From Vermamoeba vermiformis (taxonomy: Eukaryota), in NCBI GenBank assembly GCA_045837725.1, contig JBEWZL010000003.1, positions 124,001-188,000 of the forward strand: DNA of 64,000 nt. The letters are read 5' to 3'. Shown here piece by piece: positions 56,380 to 64,000 of this stretch (position 1 is the stretch's first letter; every line of letters starts with the position of its first letter). The notes below the pieces were generated by a model. It was not told the origin of the DNA, made no database searches, and saw only the letters and a list, made by a program, of their open reading frames with translations. Made by a program: the position numbers and the translations under genes.

Positions 56380-59300
56380 ATGAGCAGGGCAAGAAGAAAG
56401 CTAAAGGTAAGCATAACGCTATTTGTTTGAGCGCCTGACTAACCAGCTGGTGGCAGATCGGATCTGAAGAGGAGGCTGTACCGAGTATCGACTCAGAAGA
56501 TGATTTCGACATTCCCCGCCCTAAAAAGAAGCCAGTAACGCGCAAGAGAAAAAGAGAGGAGAGCGAGGAAGAAGACTCGGATCTTGAGTCGGATGAAGCG
56601 CCAAAAAGAAAGAAAAAAAGAGCCAAAGCAAAAGACGACAGTTACGAGGAGGTAGGTCACATAAATAATATCGTAACCCCTTACTCTTTTACCGAAAATT
56701 TTCGACGAAATTAGGAGGAGCAGCAAATGGCGGTCGAAGAGGTACTACAACGGTTAATGACGAATCGACTAACCTATGTATAGGAATTTCATATTGAAGA
56801 TAACGACCAAGATTGGTACCAATGCGAACCTTATGTCATTTGGTGCACACGTGACAAAGAGCATGAGGGGATCCAACACGAGGAAGTGAACCACGTTCTC
56901 TTTATGAAATTGTCAAAGTATACTAAACACTACTTGGTACTTTGAAACGATTAAACGTGTATTTCTCTTATTAACGACTTCACGTAACAGCTTTTCAACA
57001 AATCCAACCAGTTGATCGCAACCTGCAACTTTGACAACGGAGCAACAATTCATTACCCTTTTAATATGGCGCCATATGTCGAGCAATCTAGAGCTAAGCT
57101 TGCCAAAGGTGCGAATAGCAAGTCTTAAAGCTTAAAGAGATTCTAAGTCAGATTATTAGGAGCTTCCAAGGCCACGATCGAGGCAGCCAAGTTATGGAAG
57201 TTTAACGTCAAGTTTAAAAGAAGTACGATAGACTTATTCGAGTGGGACCTTACTACATTTATCAACAAAGCTCGGTAAGCTTCAATAACATTTCATGGAT
57301 CACTAACCTCCGATCGGATCTCAGCCTTGAGAAGTTGCGGCGAGAGAGTCAGCCTATTCCACACTACAAATTAGTCGTCAAAGCACTGGCAAGGGGGGCA
57401 AATAAAATATCACTAACAAACATCATCTCTAATCAACTGCATGACCGACCAAGCACTCCGTTTGTAAGAGCTAAAATGTCTTTATTTTGTTCTATTACTA
57501 ATAACGCATAGAAAATTGATATTCCCGAGAAACAACCGCCTGGATTCCGAACAAAATTGTTCAAGTATCAACTCGACGCCGTTAGCTGGATGAAATTAAT
57601 CGAAGAGAAGTCTAAAACAGCGCTATCAACAACCTACACGATGAAAATTCCTACGACTAATTGCACCGTTGATCTCACCGATGGCAGCATTCTCGTCGCT
57701 AAAGAAGGCGAGGACGAGACATCGATGGCGTCCAAGATTGAGTTCTCGTTCTCTGGCGGAGTTTTGGCGGATGAAATGGGCCTTGGCAAGACAGCTGAGG
57801 TGTTGGGCTTGATCTTGGCCAATCCGCGGCCTTTGCCATTGCCTCCGCACGATTCTCACATTCACACAAAGGCAACGCTTGGTAAGATTATGTCGTTATC
57901 ATAGGAGTTATAACTAATATGGTGTTAGTGATATCGCCTAATCACCTCGCCAAACAGTGGGTCCAAGAGGCGCAAAAACACATATCGAAGAAATTCAAAG
58001 TCCTTTTAATCACTACTATGCCTCAATACGAGAAAATTACTTACGCCGACATTCAAAACGCTGATATGGTCGTTGTGTCCTTTCAATTTCTCAAAAATCC
58101 TTCATTTAATAAGGTTTCCGTCGTAGAAACTGATATGAGAGGTCGTAGCGTCGAAATGAAGGACCGTTTTCTTGGAAAAGAGCCCGTCTTAGAATATCTT
58201 TACACGGTTAGTTAACGCAAAGCTGTCAAATTCGCTTTACTAACGGTCTGATAGAAAAAAATCATCTTAGATAACCAAAATTGGAAAAATAAGACTGGCT
58301 TCGCATTCGATCATTTCCACTGGCACCGAATCATCATTGACGAAGGCCATGAAACGACCGATAAGAAATGGAACTCTGCAATGTTTGTCTATCCATCTAG
58401 CTACAGTTGGTACGTCACTGGGACGCCATTTCCGTCGAACTCGGCGAAGAACAGTAAGTGTTTAACAATCCAATGAAAAGTTCATTAAAACTTACGATTT
58501 TCAGTGGCCTTCAGCATTACGAAATTTCACAGAAAAACTCCAGTTCATCCACTCGTATTCAAAAAGGCTATCACGGAAAATATTACCCAACTCGGCGAGA
58601 AGTTGTTCGTTGATAACTTGTTTTGGCGAAACACGAAAGAAAGTGTCAAGAACGAGATGAAAGTACCCGATGTAAGTATCTTATTGTTAATAGTTTCAAC
58701 TTCTTTAATATTGGTTATAGATCGTCGAAGAGTTAATCTTACTAGAGTTCAGTGAAGTTGAACAAGCGATGTACCGTGACGCGCAAGGTGACTTGGAGAG
58801 ACAACGTCAAGTCTGCTGTCATTTGCAGATCAGCAAGAAGGACGAGGCCGTGCTTGGCGAGGCTCGCAAGACTCTCGATGAAGTTCGCAAACTCATGATT
58901 GAGAATAAGGAGTCGTTGATTAGAAGCCTTCAAAAGAGCATTTGGGAAACTGAAGATACGTTGAGATCCGACACGGAGAAATTATTGAAGACGACAGATA
59001 AGAATAAGGTAACTACAATACTAAAATAATAATATAGCGTTTAATTGTACTGATTAAATTTGCCAGATTATGGCGATAGAGATACAAATTCAAAATACGA
59101 AGGTCCGTTTGGCGCAGTTGAAATCAGACTTGAACAGACAATCATCCGTTCTCCGCTTTTTCCAAGCGATTGTGCCTAATGAGCCGCAACAACAAGAGTG
59201 CACGATCTGCTTTGACGAGATGAAGTTCGCTTCAATCACGCCTTGCGGTCACATGTTTTGCGATAGTAAGTAGTGCTGGTCAGTTACGGGCGTATGACTC

Positions 59301-60488
59301 AATCTTGATTTTAGCGTGCATTAAGGAAGCCTTGAAGACTAAGGCAGTATGCCCGATGTGCCGTGAAAAAGTTACCGTAGACAAAGTGACGCTTCTGAAG
59401 CAGGTACGTACATGAATCTTGCGTACTTGGTGAAATTTGTGACACACGTGGTTAGGCCGAGAAGAAAGAAGAGCCTAAAGAAGACGCGCCTAAAGATTTG
59501 AAGAAGTTGATTGAAGCTCACGGCACGAAGATGGCACACTTAATTACGTACCTAAGAACTCTTTGGGCGAACAAAGAAACGAAGAATTCTCAAGTCATTG
59601 TCTTCTCGCAATGGGACAACATGTTACGTAGAATTGGCGAGACGTTAGAAGAGAACGGCATTGAAAATGTTTTTGTTCGAGGAAATGTTCACATGCGCAA
59701 TGCGGCCATTTCAAAATTCAAGAGCAGCAAGAACGTTAAAGTCATCATGCTTTCGCTTGAGAACGCAGCCTCGGGCATAAATTTGACGGAAGCGACACAT
59801 GTCATTTTGATCGACCCTGTTGCGGGCACTAAGGCTCAGGCTCAAGCGATTGAAGGACAGGCTATTGGTCGTGCACATCGTCAAGGCCAGGACGTAAGTC
59901 TAATACAATAGACGACATTGCCATTACCTCCATAATAACGTTGAACATGTAGCATCAAGTTACTGTCGTGCGTTTCATCGTTAAAGATACTATTGAGCAC
60001 GAGATCTACAAAAGAAACACGGAGGTCGAGGAAGAGAATAAAGAAGAGCATAGCACGATGAACTTAAGAGAGAGCAACTCCAACTTGCGCAAGAGTATTG
60101 ATAACTTGTCGAGCCCAGTGCCCGTGTTGAACAACAACCGAAACAACAATAACAACGACGGACTCAGTCACTCGCCTACGAAGCTTTCTAAGAGCGGGTC
60201 TCATTCTCGATTGAATAATAGTGCTGGTAGTAATAACAAAGAGCGTAAAGAGAAGGAGGAGGAGTCTGGATCTGAAGAAAAGAAGCCGTTGAAGAGCGGA
60301 TCCAACGCTAACTTGAAGAATAATAATAGCGTCAACCTTAAGAAGAGCTCAAGTAACATCCCTACTAAGAAGAAAAAGTCTGAAAGCTCGTCATCTAGCG
60401 AGAGTGACAGCAGGAATCGGATCCAGCCCCGAAGCGAAAGACGAAACATGCTTCGAAGTACGACTCGAGCGAAAGTGATTTCGATTAA
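56380..60488 (+). CDS. SNF2-family helicase with RING finger (RAD5/RAD16/SHPRH-like)
   Basis: GGVLADEMGLGKT, RIIIDEGH, TGTP, RING CTIC..CGHMFC..CPMC, VIVFSQW, GINLTEA, QAIGRAHRQGQ. The natural end (YDSSESDFD*) requires a 1-nt correction near 60410; the uncorrected stop is at 60597. Confidence 0.9.
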
Positions 60489-60625
60489 GATGACTTGTAT
60501 ACGGGTAGTATACAAAAGTATTTTGGGGTTCAGTGAAACAGCAAGATCCAAAAATGGAAGCTTGCAAAAAACGAATCTTTGTAGTTATTTTTTATAAACG
60601 TTGGCAACAACTAACGGTATACGCC

Positions 60626-62509
60626 ATGAAACCGTACTTATATATTATATTATTTATTTTATCGATTAAATTGGTTCAAGGAGATTTTATTGCAGCATCT
60701 CCTACGATCGAGCCTACAGCTTTCTCTGCTTATGGAAACGGGGCTTCTGTCGAGAACTCAACAATAAGATTATCATTAGGCTCTGTAAATACGGGAGGTA
60801 GAGTCACGTATAACACACCTCAAGACATTTCGAACGGTTTCGTGACAGAGATCGAATACCAAAGTTTCGATTGTGATAATGCTCAATGGAAAGGCGCCGA
60901 CGGGTAATATTTAATTAATAATATTTCATACTTATTGGTCTTTAAACCGATTTATAAAACTTGTTGATTTTAATTTTTTAATTGTCAGATTCACTTTCTT
61001 CATGGGACCGAATGTTGGTGCAGCTCCGGATATCATGTTTTATGGCAGTGATTTAGCAGTATCTGATTTATCCAGTGCTGTCTCTATTGCATTTTACATC
61101 AGCGGAGATCCCTATCCAATTGAACCAACTCACGTTGTATTCTGCGGCGTGTAAGTAGTTATTATCTAAACGAACTTATATACATTAATATCTTATATTA
61201 AGACACTATAAAACCCATTGCTAACGTTCTTTTGCAAGTAATGCTTTCGCGAATCTAACCACACCAATCACTTCGCCGCACTGCACGGCTTTTAATGCCC
61301 CTGATCTGGTCAATATAAGATGCACTAACGATACACATCGATTTCAAATTCGGTATATTCCGCCCAATACTTGGCAGGTAAAGACTGAAAAAAACTTGGA
61401 TCAACGGATCGGAGATCTTTCCGAAACATTTTGCTAACTAAATTAAACGTTAGGTCATGTTAGACGGCAAAGAGATAGCAGTATATACCAACTTATTAGT
61501 GTCCGAGTATTTCAAAGAGACTAGCATTCAAGTCGGACTTAGTGGTGGCACTGGCTCTGGATTCATGCGCCAAGACATCACTTATTGGTCGTTTAGCACC
61601 GCTTTCGGAGTTATTCCTTATTTGGAATGTTTCGAGGACTTCGAGAACGGAACTTTCCGAGCACATCTCGGATACAAAAATCTCGGAGTTGCTCCTGTAA
61701 CTTTAGCTGTCGGATCTGCTGACAACAACGTGACGCCACCAAGTTATTCCGCTAATTTTCCGTCAACATTTGCACCTGGAAGAACGTGTAAGGATGTTTA
61801 CGCTAATTTTCTTGGAAAATATTGCGTATTAATCATTTTTGCAGTTACGTATCCGTTGGCAGCAATTCAACTCGATTGGGACGGATCCGAAATTACATGG
61901 CAATTGACGGATTATATAGTGACGTTTAGTGGCAATATGACAAACCGATTATGCCCTAAAGACATCAAAATGGATTTCCAATTCACTTCGCCGACTGTTG
62001 TGCCAGATCCAGAAGTCACCGTCATCGTCCACAATTTTGCAAATTTCAGCGATATTTCACCAGTGCGAGTCATTTGCATTATGATCAGTTACGGCAACCC
62101 TGTTAAACGACAAACCAGTGCTGTCGAAGCTGAACTTCAAGTCCTCGTGACAGCTGCAAACGGAACTTTAATTGACGAACCATCAGCGGAACAAATTGTC
62201 TCAGAATTCGTTTCAAGTGCCAATGCCAACAAATCGATCGCAGATCCAATCTTAAATCCAAACTCCGATGAAGGTCGAGAATTAATTGGTACTAAGCCAC
62301 TCAACGGCAATGAACTGCCCGGAACAGTTCCGTTAGGGCAAGTCCGACCTCCAACTTCCAGTCCGAGCATCGATAACGGACCAATCAGCAACGAGCCTGC
62401 TGCAACTGTGCCTGTCAAAACTCCGGCGTCAAAAATTATGTCAAGTGCCTCTCAAGCATTCTTTTCTGCCTACTTAGTTGGATTCATATTGTTCATGCTG
62501 CTTCATTAG
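60626..62509 (+). CDS. Secreted L-type (legume) lectin-like surface protein with GPI-like tail
   Basis: Signal peptide; GRVTYNTP..GADGFTF..VGLSGGTG..ITYWSF; second module PYLECFE..TFRAHLGYKN; Pro-rich stalk; SSA followed by a hydrophobic end. Confidence 0.75.
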
Positions 62510-62555
62510 TGGAGGGTAGATGATTTATTGTTAAAATAAATGTAAATGTCAGCAG

Positions 62556-64000
62556 TTAATCTAATTTGCAGCCTGCAGGTTCTGTCAAAAGCACGTCATA
62601 ATTCTTAACCATATCTGATGGCAGTCTGCTGAATGGAATTAAAACAATTGGCATGTTGCAATGTTCCTCTTTTTCATTGTAATTGTTGACCTCCATGATT
62701 GCATCTGACGAAAATCCAGCTGCCCAAATCACCTGCAATTTGTCAGTTGCAAGCTCAATCGTACTGATAAGAACTTACACAAACTATTGGGCTCCAAGGT
62801 TCTAGTTTTCTTAGTGAAGGAAGACTAGTTTCAACATCTACAGAGCCCAGCACTTTGTTCCAATTCTTTGATTGCCATTCTGACATGACATAATTGTTAC
62901 CAACTGTGCGAAGCAAGGCCAATCCATCAGGCATTGCATGGTCTTCAACCTCAACAAATTTTTGCTCCAAATGAGTGAATGGTTTGGCAAGCAGTTCTAG
63001 GGAAGTCAGGCCAAATTCATCTGCATCTCCACAAATAGTAGAGTCTAGACAGCATTCATAGGCAATTGAAGACTTGTGGAATGCAGATCCTTCAACTGCA
63101 AGTTCTGTGATTAGTGTGCCATAATTGCTTAGAACCAACATCTTTAGCAGATCTGGACCTTTGCTAATTTGAGGTTGATGAGCATGCTGCAAAGCCTTCA
63201 TCAAAAATCAGTTTGTGGAAAAAAACATTCAGGGTTAGTCAAACCAAGCTAACCATCACTGCTAGGGCCACAAGCCTAAATAAAAAGTTAAAAAGAATTG
63301 AAATAAAAAAGAAAAAAGACACGATTAATTTTTCTAAAACACAAAAAAAATACGGGGAATCATTCCTTTTAACGATTGGCATTTTTTGGCTTTTTAGGCA
63401 ATAATTGACCTATATACAGCATTGCAACATATATTCAGTAATAAATATCAATGAATATACCTGCTTAGCTCAGTACAGTGCGTCTGATTAGTAAGGAAAG
63501 ATGATGTCTTTGCAAAACGTTTATTTTTGCAAAGATACAATGCTCATCAATTAAAAAACAGATAATCAAAGCAAGGAGAAATTGTTGTGGCCCTAGCAGT
63601 GATACCTTCACATGCTTTTTTACTCCAGCAGAAGAAGCAATGTGTTTCAACATCCACCAATCAGAAACTCTCCATTTTTGCTTGGTATTGACTCCTGCTC
63701 CCAATTGCTGCATTGAAACAGTGGGTACATAGCTTAAATTCATCTTTTCAACATTGATTTGGTGGGTGATTTGCAGGAAGCCATTATGAAACAAAGCAGC
63801 ATAGATCATATCTTGATAAAGCTGTCTATTGTTAATAGAGATTCACGAAGGGTGAAATCATACATACTGCTTTGTTATCTGCTGCTAGTCTTGCCACATA
63901 ATCTCTTGCATACATTTGACAAAGTGCACCAGCATCAGCCCAAATGTCTGCTTTGCTGTTTGCCAGCTGTTGTTTTGTTGGTTTGCACTGAGCTGCAAAT
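62556..64000 (-). CDS. Unidentified spliced gene, 3' part (continues beyond window), in a CpG-depleted block
   Basis: Open segments with GT-AG junctions (ADNKA|LYQDMIYAALF; KLEPWSPI|VIWAAGFS); no recognised domain. Confidence 0.5.

Overview
Gene-dense, AT-rich, intron-rich eukaryotic DNA with short GT-AG introns and CTAAC-like branch points. It is most likely an amoebozoan, inferred from a long-tailed GPA/SH3 myosin-I and a single-lobe myosin light chain. About 27 protein-coding loci were reconstructed by hand-splicing: kinase fragment, CYP, PPR, MTR kinase, cysteine synthase, amidase, methyltransferase, CANT1 apyrase, CDC34-like E2, prefoldin 2, GCN5, PA-7TM protein, DUSP, SEC11, ankyrin protein, myosin-I plus EF-hand light chain, RAD5/16-like SNF2-RING, and three GPI-type surface proteins. 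The main novelty is a locally expanded three-copy family of F-box + divergent Ran-like GTPase genes. Two copies continue in frame into an aspartyl/asparaginyl beta-hydroxylase (AspH-type 2OG-Fe(II)) domain. The copies lie next to F-box-LRR genes and show recent mosaic sequence exchange. Other notable items are a MULE-like MITE with a perfect 9-bp TSD, a recurrent intronic 12-bp palindrome, a head-to-head myosin-I/light-chain pair and an abruptly CpG-depleted block at the right end. Several isolated frameshifts suggest consensus indel errors. All calls come from motif reading only; no database searches were run.
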